Below are positions 1 to 8,721 of a DNA stretch of 64,000 bases, in pieces. The position numbers and the translations under genes are program-made. The notes below the pieces were generated by a model that did not search any database, was not told the DNA's origin, and was given only the letters and a program-made list of their open reading frames with translations. The first letter of the stretch is position 1; each line of letters starts with the position of its first letter. The stretch is from an uncultured Defluviitaleaceae bacterium (GTDB lineage: Bacteria > Bacillota > Clostridia > Lachnospirales > WRBF01), in contig CAYXWM010000004.1 in the NCBI GenBank assembly GCA_964468805.1, positions 969-64,968 on the forward strand, in the 5' to 3' direction.

Positions 1-324
1 AAATGTCCAATTTTTAGATTAATCCAAAACCTCAATTGGTCCTGATGCTTACCGAGTGCTGCGGAAATTTGACTTCAAGAAGGAATATGAATACATACAA
101 ATGCTGCATTTTGATTATTCTTCGTAATTCATTGCTTATCTAAAAAACGTTTTGGCTTAATAAACCTCCATTCAAGGGTATATTGTAGGATTCTACATAA
201 TGATTGTAAGATAATCTATAACGGAGAATTCCTAAACGATAGTATACTCTAAAAATATATCTGCTGTTGCCGCATAACAAGTGCGCAGTATGCGATAAAT
301 TTTATTTTAATGGAGGAGTTCAAG

Positions 325-2328
325 ATGAAAAGACGCATTTTTGCTTTTCTGTTGACGCTTATGATGTGCCTTTCTCTACTACCTTTGACGGTATTTGCAG
401 AACAAGCCAAATATCGTTTGGATTGGAAAGAAGGCAGCAGGAGTAACCCAAATTGTCCGGTAACAGTAACGTGGGAAGCAAATAGCAATATAGTCAACGT
501 AAGTTATGACAATACCGGTGATTACTTCATTCTTGAAAATTTTGATGTGGAACAGGAAACTATGCTGTATAAACAAGAAAGCAAAGGCACATGGAGTCTT
601 GTTTCCGGCGTTAGCACACGAATACTAAGTGCAGGAAATATTAGATCAGGCAACAACTATGGCTCGGTATCAATAGGCTTCTTTAATGCGTGGGGAACAC
701 CATATGCTTTCACCGATGGAGTATACGGCATTGATTTTCGTATTGGCGCGAATGGCTTTCATTCTACCCCTACCGGCGGGGAACGGTTCATAATTTATGT
801 AACCGATTCTAATTCAGCATCTCCGGTAGCAAAAGGCGAATATGGGGGTCATAGGTACGAAATATACGATAATATTAAGACATGGAAGGACGCGAAGGCG
901 TATTGTGAATCTAGAGGCGGATATTTAGCCACAGTTAGCAGTAAAGATGAAAATGATTTCATACAAAATCTAATAAAACAAGGCAATATGTATAACTACT
1001 GGTTAGGAGGATATAAATCCGGTGGCGGCTGGTCATGGGTTAATGGAGAGTCCTTTTCATATGACAACTGGGCTTCGGGTGAACCCAATAATTTAGACAA
1101 TGTAGAAGCTTTTATCCATATGGATGGTGGAAGAAGTAATAAATGGAACGATCTTCAGAACGAAGGAGAAAACTCTAAGTCCGGGTATCGTTTAGACAAA
1201 TTTGGCTTTGTATGTGAATACGGGGATGTTAATAGCCCTAAGCATAATACAATGAACCTTGATGACATTTTAGGGTATTATGAGGGCTATTTTAAGAATT
1301 CGTTGGGTACATATACTACATATATGACAGTTTACAAAGAAGGTTCGGCCTATAAGGCGAAGTACGAATGGAAAATAAAAGGCAAGGACGTAAGCTCATT
1401 AAGCACTATGACACTAAAAAATGATGGCACTGTGTTTGCTGATGCCGGAGTTTGGCTTGTTTCTCCGAATGATGGCACTTATCTGATTAGTGTAACGTTT
1501 ACGGAATTTGACGGAAAAGTTCTTTATGGTAAAGGTGAGAATGGCGGTGAGAACCGCTTTGTAAAGGTTGATAGCCCTAAACCGACCACTACGCCGCCTT
1601 CCGGCGACCAAATCGGCGGCTTTATCGGCGAAAGCATTTCTTCCGGTGCTAAGCTTTGGTGGAACCCTGTTAGAGGCGGCGTTGGCTACAGAGTTTTCAG
1701 AAGCACCAACCGGTCTGACGAGGGCATTTCGGCAACTGACTTTTACATTACAAGCAACGAGTTTGTTGACGTTAACGTGGACGCAAACAAGACTTATTAT
1801 TACACTGTGCGTCAGGTATTAAAAGAGGCGCGCCCTTTTGAAGGTTTGAAGGAAGAGTTGGGTCCTGTAACCGCAAAAGTTACGGTAAAAACCGGCTCAA
1901 CTATACTGGGAGGCAACGCCTCAGATTCTCCGGCGCCCAAGCAGTTTATTTTGATGACGCTGGATGACCCATATATGAGCGTTAACGGCGTTAGGGAAGA
2001 AATAGACCCGGGCCGCGGCACAACGCCACTTATTTTAAACAGCCGAACAATGGTGCCTATTCGTGCTATTGTAGAGGCAATGGGCGGCACGGTTGGCTGG
2101 AATGACTCTACAAGGAAAATAACGCTAAACCACAAAAATCAAGCGGTTGTAATGACGCTTAATGAGAAAAGCATAACGGTTAACGGCTCATCAAAATCCA
2201 TCGATGTTGCGCCAACTGTCATAAACGCCCGCACAATGGTGCCCATTCGTTTTGCGGCAGAAAATTTGGGTTGCGATGTTGATTGGATTAACTCAACAAG
2301 GCAGATTGTAATTGTGTTTAGGAACTAA
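325..2328 (+). CDS. Secreted multidomain protein: beta-rich N-terminal region, C-type lectin-like domain, Fn3-like module, C-terminal copper-amine-oxidase-N-terminal-like (stalk) repeats
   Basis: Track ORF 310..2328. GGAGG at 312-316 favours the ATG at 325. Signal peptide MKRRIFAFLLTLMMCLSLLPLTVFA. CTLD signature WKDAKAYCESRGGYLATV..WLGG..GEPNN..KWNDL..FVCEY. Two RTMVPIRxxAExxG repeats typical of Cu_amine_oxidN1-type domains. Confidence 0.8.
   Translation: MKRRIFAFLLTLMMCLSLLPLTVFAEQAKYRLDWKEGSRSNPNCPVTVTWEANSNIVNVSYDNTGDYFILENFDVEQETMLYKQESKGTWSLVSGVSTRILSAGNIRSGNNYGSVSIGFFNAWGTPYAFTDGVYGIDFRIGANGFHSTPTGGERFIIYVTDSNSASPVAKGEYGGHRYEIYDNIKTWKDAKAYCESRGGYLATVSSKDENDFIQNLIKQGNMYNYWLGGYKSGGGWSWVNGESFSYDNWASGEPNNLDNVEAFIHMDGGRSNKWNDLQNEGENSKSGYRLDKFGFVCEYGDVNSPKHNTMNLDDILGYYEGYFKNSLGTYTTYMTVYKEGSAYKAKYEWKIKGKDVSSLSTMTLKNDGTVFADAGVWLVSPNDGTYLISVTFTEFDGKVLYGKGENGGENRFVKVDSPKPTTTPPSGDQIGGFIGESISSGAKLWWNPVRGGVGYRVFRSTNRSDEGISATDFYITSNEFVDVNVDANKTYYYTVRQVLKEARPFEGLKEELGPVTAKVTVKTGSTILGGNASDSPAPKQFILMTLDDPYMSVNGVREEIDPGRGTTPLILNSRTMVPIRAIVEAMGGTVGWNDSTRKITLNHKNQAVVMTLNEKSITVNGSSKSIDVAPTVINARTMVPIRFAAENLGCDVDWINSTRQIVIVFRN
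1627..2322 (+). repeat. Copy 1 of a ~696 bp direct repeat shared by two adjacent genes (Fn3-like + stalk module)
   Basis: Aligns without indels to 3051..3746 (offset 1424). 1630..2015 is identical to 3054..3439 (386 bp). Scattered substitutions follow. Confidence 0.95.
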
Positions 2329-2378
2329 TGTTGTATTGTGTCAAGTAATTCCATTACTCTATTTTAAGGAGATATATT

Positions 2379-3749
2379 TTGATGAATAAAAATGTTTTTG
2401 CAATGCTTACACTGATTTTCATTTTACTGCTTTCGGTTGCCACTTTTGCGAGCTCGGAACAACAAACATACACAGACGATCGCGGCAACAAAATTGAGTT
2501 TATTCAAGGCGAAAAATCTTTTGCTACAAAAGTAGTTGAATTTACACCCGGTTCTCCTTGGACAAGAATGAAACAGTCAATGGATCCAAACAAAATATTA
2601 GGTTCGCCGGATTATAATAGCTCCGATGATACAGGGAGCATCACTTTGGGCAGTGAGGGTGTAATCGTAATCGAATTTGGTGACGTGGAGTTTAGCGATG
2701 GGCCCGGAGACGATATTTATGTCTTTGAAGTTGGTCCTGATGTTGAAGCCACAAAAGTTGAAGTTAGTAAAGATTTAGTTGAATGGATTTATGTTGGAGA
2801 TGCAAAAGGCTCGTTATGCTCTGTTGATATGGCTGGCAAAGTTGATGCAGATGCAACATTTAAATATATTCGCATAACAGACCTTGTACCGGTAAGCAGT
2901 GGCACTTGGCCCGGTGCAGACATAGATGCAGTGGGCGTTATTAACGCAAGTATTATACTAAGCCAAGAACCGACACCCACAGCAACACTAACGCCGGCAC
3001 CGACAGCAGCACCCGCACCAAGCACCGGCAGTGAAATCAGCGGGTTTAAAGGTGAAAGCATTTCTTCCGGTGCTAAGCTTTGGTGGAACCCTGTTAGAGG
3101 CGGCGTTGGCTACAGAGTTTTCAGAAGCACCAACCGGTCTGACGAGGGCATTTCGGCAACTGACTTTTACATTACAAGCAACGAGTTTGTTGACGTTAAC
3201 GTGGACGCAAACAAGACTTATTATTACACTGTGCGTCAGGTATTAAAAGAGGCGCGCCCTTTTGAAGGTTTGAAGGAAGAGTTGGGTCCTGTAACCGCAA
3301 AAGTTACGGTAAAAACCGGCTCAACTATACTGGGAGGCAACGCCTCAGATTCTCCGGCGCCCAAGCAGTTTATTTTGATGACGCTGGATGACCCATATAT
3401 GAGCGTTAACGGCGTTAGGGAAGAAATAGACCCGGGCCGAGGCACAACGCCACTTATTTTAAACAGCCGCACAATGGTGCCTATTCGTGCTATTGTAGAG
3501 GCAATGGACGGCAGAGTAGCCTGGAATGATTCCACAAGAAAAATCACATTAAACTACAAAAACCAAGCCGTTGTAATGACGCTTAATGAGAAAAGCATAA
3601 CGGTTAACGGCTCATCAAAAACTATCGACGTTGCACCTACCGTTATAAATTCACGCACAATGGTTCCTATCCGTTTTGCGGCAGAAAATTTGGGTTGCGA
3701 GGTTGACTGGATTAATTCAACAAGGCAAATCGTAATTGTTTTCAGATAA
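2379..3749 (+). CDS. Secreted protein paralog: unrelated beta-sandwich-like N-terminal head, Pro/Thr/Ala linker, then the same Fn3-like + stalk module as the upstream gene
   Basis: AAGGAG at 2366-2371, with TTG at 2379 or ATG at 2382 as start. Signal peptide MNKNVFAMLTLIFILLLSVATFA. The C-terminal ~230 aa is near-identical to ORF 325..2328. Confidence 0.8.
   Translation: MMNKNVFAMLTLIFILLLSVATFASSEQQTYTDDRGNKIEFIQGEKSFATKVVEFTPGSPWTRMKQSMDPNKILGSPDYNSSDDTGSITLGSEGVIVIEFGDVEFSDGPGDDIYVFEVGPDVEATKVEVSKDLVEWIYVGDAKGSLCSVDMAGKVDADATFKYIRITDLVPVSSGTWPGADIDAVGVINASIILSQEPTPTATLTPAPTAAPAPSTGSEISGFKGESISSGAKLWWNPVRGGVGYRVFRSTNRSDEGISATDFYITSNEFVDVNVDANKTYYYTVRQVLKEARPFEGLKEELGPVTAKVTVKTGSTILGGNASDSPAPKQFILMTLDDPYMSVNGVREEIDPGRGTTPLILNSRTMVPIRAIVEAMDGRVAWNDSTRKITLNYKNQAVVMTLNEKSITVNGSSKTIDVAPTVINSRTMVPIRFAAENLGCEVDWINSTRQIVIVFR
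3051..3746 (+). repeat. Copy 2 of the ~696 bp direct repeat
   Basis: See 1627..2322. Confidence 0.95.
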
Positions 3750-3911
3750 GTTTATGTATAAAGCCCATCAAGAGGAAATCGGATAGATATAACTTAGGTA
3801 TAGAACAAAGCAACAAAAGAACACAAGTAGCTGTTTAAAATGACTTTATTGCTGATACCCTAGTTATCGTCTTAGTATTCTCACAGAACCTGTTAGAAAG
3901 GACTAGAAACA

Positions 3912-4142
3912 ATGAAATGCTTTATGTGCAGAGGAAGCCTACAAAATAAACTAACAACATTTATGGCTGATATGGAAAACTGTATAATCATTGTTAAAAA
4001 CGTACCTTCACAGGTTTGCGGTCAGTGTTGAGAGATTTCATATTCCCATGCGGTCACGAAACACTTGGAGGCCATTGTTACTGCCTTAAAAACATCCATA
4101 ACAGAAATAGCTGTTGTGAATTATTCCGATAAGGTTGCATAA
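3912..4142 (+). pseudogene. YgiT/MqsA-type zinc-finger antitoxin gene interrupted by an in-frame TGA
   Basis: Translation is MKCFMCRGSLQNKLTTFMADMENCIIIVKNVPSQVCGQC, then a stop at 4029-4031, then EISYSHAVTKHLEAIVTALKTSITEIAVVNYSDKVA. The CxxC..CxxC zinc-ribbon layout and length fit the YgiT family, where the position after the second CxxC is normally Gly (GGA, here TGA). It is absent from the ORF track because both halves are under 60 aa. Confidence 0.6.
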
Positions 4143-4313
4143 TAGGCTTTTTTATCCGGTTAATGCATGATTTTTTTGGGTATCGGTTGGGTACTATTTG
4201 TGTACAAACAATAAACCGGTAACCAAAGTGCCGAAAAGCAATAAGCAGGTTTAGCAAAAGGACTATAGATAAGGGGTTTACTGGAGGTTTGGGTAGGAAT
4301 ATTAAGTTCTTTT

Positions 4314-4342
4314 AGGGGTTCGATTCCTTTCACCTCCTCTCC
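4314..4342 (+). other. tRNA/tmRNA 3'-end-like fragment (T-arm plus acceptor-like tail), not a full gene
   Basis: AGGGGTTCGATTCCTTT (canonical GGTTCGATTCC T-loop) followed by CACCTCCTCTCC. No matching 5' acceptor, D or anticodon arms upstream. Confidence 0.25.
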
Positions 4343-4360
4343 TCGTATTAACAAAAGAAA

Positions 4361-4417
4361 AGCCCGGATTTACGGTGTTTTACGCCGTTTATCCCGGGCT
4401 ATTTCTTTGTTTTTTTG
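4361..4417 (+). terminator. Long hairpin plus T-tract (rho-independent terminator-like)
   Basis: AGCCCGGAT..ATCCCGGGCT stem with an inner CGGTG/CGCCG stem, followed by ATTTCTTTGTTTTTTT. Confidence 0.5.
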
Positions 4418-4692
4418 CGTTTGGGGTACTATATGGGTACTATGAGCGCAAAATCTACTTTTGCAGATACTTTGCATTTCAATCATAATGACCCTCTACC
4501 TTGGTATACTTCCCATAGAACTTGTCCATCTTATTGGCCGCCTGCTGCTCCTTGGCTGTACTCTTACAAATCAACTGAAGTTGGGTCAAAAAAAACAGCG
4601 GATTGTCTTTTATTAAGTTCTTGGAGAAGTCAAAAATACGTATCTCATTTTTACTTACCGCTTACAACTGTTTTTCATATTATTTTCAGATG

Positions 4693-6030
4693 TTAATGTT
4701 GTGACATATATTTTCCGCACCAACATATTGCACCACCTCTTGGGCCATATCTCACTGTATAGTGCTCCTGACGAGGTGCCTTCGTTGTAGAGGGTGTAGG
4801 TCTAGGTGTCGGCGTAGGTCTAGGTGTTGATGTGGGTGTGGGTCTAGGTGTTGATGTGGGGGTTGGTGTCGATGTAGGGGTGGGCGTAGGTGTAGGTCTA
4901 GGTGTCGATGTAGGTGTTGGCGTAGGTGTAGGTCTAGGTGTCGATGTAGGTGTCGGCGTTTGTTGCGTTGGTGCTTTCGGCAATTCGTTATACTTGATAT
5001 TATCAAATGTTAAAATGCTTTGCTGTCTTGTGTAGTTTGATTTCGGGCTGAACGTCGGTGGGGTAACTGTCATGCCGGACATGATTCCGTGTTTGCGGAC
5101 AAAATTGATACCGGGAACCGACCAACCTGATGCCGTGTTTAAGTCTGTGAAATCGGATGTGGGAGAATTTTCAATGTTCGCGCCGTAGGCTCTGCAAGTG
5201 TACATGACCATTACCGCCGCCTGTTCACGGTCCAACCGGCTGTTAGGGTCGAAAATGCCGGGAGCTGTGGCTGAGGGCGCTACTCTACCGCTCGTTATTC
5301 CAAGAGCATAAGCGGCCAGTATCGCGGAGTCGTTTGTATCGCTAAAAGCGTTCGTGTTACGTGATAATCCTTTTTCGGACAGCACTGTATCTATGCTCTT
5401 GTCTGTAGCATATTCAAGCCAAGCAACCGCCAAACGGCAAAACTCTGCGCGGGTTATTACATTGGTGTAATTGTTTTGTATATCAGTAGGAACAAAACCA
5501 TTTGCCAATGCGCTTGTGATACCGGCACGCGCCCAATCGCTTGCACTATCGATGGGGTCGGGCAGCACAGTGTTAGACGCTCCTACGGTATACGCCGGGG
5601 ATTTTGCTATTTGTCCTAAAGTGTCGCCATTCGTATTTACAGCATATACAATAAAAACGTACTCTCCGGGTTCCTTTGTATAAGCGGATATATCGGCTGT
5701 CGCCAAAAGGCTGTTCCCAATATTCGCGCTTTCCACTGACCATGAGTTATTTACATAGCTACCGTTACGAAACAAACGAATTTGGTAAGAATAGCTAAAC
5801 GCATCCTCATAAGTTGACCGGCTATTGACATTTGGGGTTTGCACGTTGAAGCTGATTTTTCCGCCTGCTTCATCAACCCATTTGAGATTATAGGGGGTGT
5901 AGTTGTCGCCGTTGGAACCGGTGAACACTTTCGCTTGGGCGAGCAGTTCCTCGTTTGCGAACGTGGGGATTGCTGTAGCCGCTAACATAGTGACGCAGAG
6001 CAACATTGCTAATAGTTTTGTGATTCTCAT
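4693..6030 (-). CDS. Secreted cell-surface protein with three SLH-like repeats and a Pro/Thr-rich repeat tail
   Basis: AAGGAGG lies 7-8 nt upstream of the ATG. Signal peptide MRITKLLAMLLCVTMLAATAIPTFA. SLH-like segments SDWARAGITSALANGFVP..ITRAEF, FSDTNDSAILAAYALGITSG.., FTDLNTASGWSVPGINFVRKHGIMSG. Short C-terminal tail with a CWCG motif. Confidence 0.8.
   Translation of the reverse strand: MRITKLLAMLLCVTMLAATAIPTFANEELLAQAKVFTGSNGDNYTPYNLKWVDEAGGKISFNVQTPNVNSRSTYEDAFSYSYQIRLFRNGSYVNNSWSVESANIGNSLLATADISAYTKEPGEYVFIVYAVNTNGDTLGQIAKSPAYTVGASNTVLPDPIDSASDWARAGITSALANGFVPTDIQNNYTNVITRAEFCRLAVAWLEYATDKSIDTVLSEKGLSRNTNAFSDTNDSAILAAYALGITSGRVAPSATAPGIFDPNSRLDREQAAVMVMYTCRAYGANIENSPTSDFTDLNTASGWSVPGINFVRKHGIMSGMTVTPPTFSPKSNYTRQQSILTFDNIKYNELPKAPTQQTPTPTSTPRPTPTPTPTSTPRPTPTPTPTSTPTPTSTPRPTPTSTPRPTPTPRPTPSTTKAPRQEHYTVRYGPRGGAICWCGKYMSQH
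4790..4962 (-). repeat. Imperfect tandem repeat encoding a (T/S)P(T/R)P linker (unit about 36 nt, TPTPTSTPRPTP)
   Basis: Repeated GGTGTAGGTCTAGGTGTCGATGTAGGTGT.. blocks, which also generate the spurious ORFs 4752..5006 and 4832..5035. Confidence 0.85.
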
Positions 6031-6290
6031 TTGAAAATCCTCCTTAAATATTTAGAGTTTTGCTCCATAGTATAAATCCCTTCGTTAATTTATTAGTCTT
6101 CGCTTGAAGTAGCTAAAACTCTGTGCTAAAGGCTTAACAAAAACTAATATAAAAGATAAGATGAATATATAAATCAACTTCCCATCTTTGCCATACCGAG
6201 CACCTTACCTTATAAGAAGTATTTTACTTGATAGAAAAAATTTCTACATGTTCATAAGAACATATAACTTCCTTTACCGATAAGTTCTTA

Positions 6291-8000
6291 TTAGTTACTA
6301 AAGCCCTGTTTTCCGCTGACGTTATACAGTCCGTAAAAAGGAAGAGTGTCAACGCCAACAAAATTAGTAGCCCGAGGCGAACCTACCCAATCCTTGAACT
6401 CTTCAGGCAATTCATCAATTCTCTTTCCGGGCAAATACAATATAAATTCATCTGCATTGTCAAAACCATATGGTGAAGAAGTAATATATCTAACGCCATC
6501 TTCTCCTATCTCCACTTCGCCGGCTGTGCCTTCCTGTGTTATAAAGTCACATTTCATGGAATATTGATAATCCCCGGTTTTCGTTAGAGATGAAAATTTA
6601 CCACTGAAAGAGCAAAAATATTGTGTGCCGTTAGGATAATCGGAACCGGTATCACCCATGTCCGCGTCAGAATGATAGCCATTGAATGTACCGTCTGCCG
6701 ATATCTTCACTTCCGTTTGCCAAGCACCTACACCACTTGAGAAGTAAAATACCATATCAACTAAATCAGCAAACGTCAAATCTGACACCTCTGTTGGTTT
6801 ATGTGCGGTTGATTCCGTTTGGGAAGCTGTGGCCACTACTTGAGAATTAATATTATCTTTATTCAGCTCATACCAAACCACGTCTTTTTTTTGATTCTGA
6901 TTATTGCAATAAGTATCAAACTCTTCTTCCGGAACAGACATATTATTAATAAAATACTTTTCAAGGGTACTGCCATCCTCAACATAATATTCGGCAAGGA
7001 AAGTCTCTTTTGCGTATACACCAAAAAACTGTACGTTTGAACATCCGCTGTAACTACCGCCACCGCTCCAACTAAATGTCCCATCTTTTTTCAAATTGTC
7101 TAACTCTCTTGCTCCAAAGAAATAGCCGTACACCGTACCATCCTCATAGTGTAAAATTCGGCTCATTGCAACGTTCCCACTCTCATAGACACCTTGTACA
7201 ACAATCTCTAAAATACCGTCGCCATCCATATCTATTACTGTAAAATAAAGCTTAGCATGATTTGCATCAACAACGCTAAAAAAAGAATCATCCAAATAAG
7301 TATCCTTATCATCATTAATTTTATTATTAATACTGAAAAATTTAGCTTCATTTTGCAATACTGCCCTGTATGCTTCCACAGCTTGGTTAATATCATAGTT
7401 ATGAATATAATACCTATGTATCAACTCAAGGGTTCTTCTTTTTGTTTCAGTTAATAAAAAATTATTGGTGTCAACCATGGCTAGGGAACCGCCCGATGAT
7501 TTTAAAGAGTTAGCCTTTTCTTCCTTTTCTTTTATCCACAAACGTTCCTCTGTCTTTAATTTCTGAATATCCTCCGTGGAAAGTTTCTCAATCAAAAGGC
7601 GATATATTTTGTTCAGTTCTTTATCCCACGCATTAAAAGCACTCTCGCTTGCTGTAACCATATCAAACGTTGTGTTTGCCATGGGGATTTTTGCTTCTAA
7701 TTCATCCAAATATTTGAGACTATTAATATATTCTTTATATGGATTGGAAATATCCTGCAAAAAGCCGTAATGATTGCTATCTCCCACATGTACATCTTCA
7801 TGTTGTACGGTTGTGTTACCCCTAAGCGCAGGAGTTTCATCCGAAGTTTCAATTGTATTATTCGAGATTTCTTCAGACCGGATGTCTTTTACTGTATTGA
7901 TTGAGACAGTATCGTTGGTACAAGATGTTAACACAATCAGTAATCCAAACAGCAACCCAACCGGCAAGAGAACGCATTTAAAGTCTTTTATATTCGCCAA
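6291..8000 (-). CDS. Lipoprotein with a DUF1311/LprI-like domain and FG-GAP/VCBS-like segment
   Basis: Lipobox LIVLTSC. AWDKELNKIYRLLIEKLSTEDIQKLKTEERLWIKEKEEKA matches the DUF1311 pattern. DMDGDGILEIVV motif. The start is a TTG with poor RBS spacing, so it is uncertain. Confidence 0.7.
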   Translation of the reverse strand: MANIKDFKCVLLPVGLLFGLLIVLTSCTNDTVSINTVKDIRSEEISNNTIETSDETPALRGNTTVQHEDVHVGDSNHYGFLQDISNPYKEYINSLKYLDELEAKIPMANTTFDMVTASESAFNAWDKELNKIYRLLIEKLSTEDIQKLKTEERLWIKEKEEKANSLKSSGGSLAMVDTNNFLLTETKRRTLELIHRYYIHNYDINQAVEAYRAVLQNEAKFFSINNKINDDKDTYLDDSFFSVVDANHAKLYFTVIDMDGDGILEIVVQGVYESGNVAMSRILHYEDGTVYGYFFGARELDNLKKDGTFSWSGGGSYSGCSNVQFFGVYAKETFLAEYYVEDGSTLEKYFINNMSVPEEEFDTYCNNQNQKKDVVWYELNKDNINSQVVATASQTESTAHKPTEVSDLTFADLVDMVFYFSSGVGAWQTEVKISADGTFNGYHSDADMGDTGSDYPNGTQYFCSFSGKFSSLTKTGDYQYSMKCDFITQEGTAGEVEIGEDGVRYITSSPYGFDNADEFILYLPGKRIDELPEEFKDWVGSPRATNFVGVDTLPFYGLYNVSGKQGFSN

Positions 8001-8480
8001 CCCCTATCATACGTTATTTAAACATTGTTAACTTCGTATTGTTGCTATAACATAAATTCTCTGTTGTAAAGTTTAAAGATTTTTCTAATTAACCGGTTTA
8101 TTTATTAAACCATTATTTAACATATTGTACTATAATACTACAAAAAATACAATTGGCATTTTGATATTTAACAATATACCATAATAAAAAGAGCAATATA
8201 TCTGCTCTTTTACTAAAAATTACTCCGGATAGTTGATCATTTCATAAGCATTTTTAAAGAGATTATTTGAATAAAGCAATAAATCTTGTCCCTTCTCCAA
8301 ATACTCTATTAAGGGTATTCTAAAATATATTTTGCGTATTCAGAATTCGCATGAAGTCATAGCGGTTGAGTGGGATGGCGTTAACAAGGTTGAAATTTCT
8401 TCGAAAAATATATAATGACACTTCCGTCGCTAAAATAAATAAAAAGAGAGTGGGTTCACTCTCTTTTATTTTATGCAAAC

Positions 8481-8684
8481 CTAACTACTGCATTGTTTTG
8501 CACCCGGTTTTGCGTAGCCACAGTCTTTACACCAATCTCTATACTTCCCGGCACAATTAAATTTTGCTAATCTTAATTGTATAACCGGAGGCATCATATA
8601 ATACTGTTTGTGAATTTGCATTTTAACAGGATTAAGGGAGATATAACCGGGATTAGAATTCCTATATTTTTGTTGCAATAACAT
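8481..8684 (-). CDS. Hypothetical small Cys-containing protein
   Basis: 67-aa ORF 37 nt downstream of 8722..9030 on the same strand. Weak RBS. C-terminal CAGKYRDWCKDCGYAKPGAKQC. Confidence 0.3.
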   Translation of the reverse strand: MLLQQKYRNSNPGYISLNPVKMQIHKQYYMMPPVIQLRLAKFNCAGKYRDWCKDCGYAKPGAKQCSS

Positions 8685-8721
8685 TTTCCGTGTTCTTGCA
8701 CCTTGTTATTAAAAATACCTT

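Noticed and set aside
850-3746. Diversity-generating retroelement (DGR). A C-type-lectin-fold protein sits next to a near-identical DNA repeat, which could have been a variable/template repeat pair.
   Set aside because: The repeat covers the Fn3 + stalk module, not the lectin domain. Differences between the copies involve all base types rather than adenine-specific substitutions. No reverse transcriptase or accessory gene is present in the window.
4029-4031. TGA recoded as Gly (alternative genetic code) or selenocysteine in the YgiT-like gene.
   Set aside because: TGA is used as an ordinary stop elsewhere in the window (for example hisF, the ABC ATPase at 12690-12692 and the aminotransferase at 30536-30538). 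No SECIS-like hairpin follows. A simple nonsense mutation (GGA to TGA) is the parsimonious reading.
4415-4696. Track ORF 4415..4696 (+), 93 aa, as a real gene.
   Set aside because: It has no RBS and a low-complexity, unfamiliar sequence. It lies in a region of decayed fragments and repeats. The opposite strand shows an ATG-less frame that looks more like a gene remnant.
8213-8440. Possible gene remnant on the minus strand (..NAIPLNRYDFMRILNTQNIF-stop-NTLNRVFGEGTRFIALFK), ending at the hairpin AAAAGAGCA..TGCTCTTTT (8188-8212).
   Set aside because: It has an in-frame stop, no start and no family I can recognise. It is too weak to call even as a pseudogene and is noted only as further evidence of decay.
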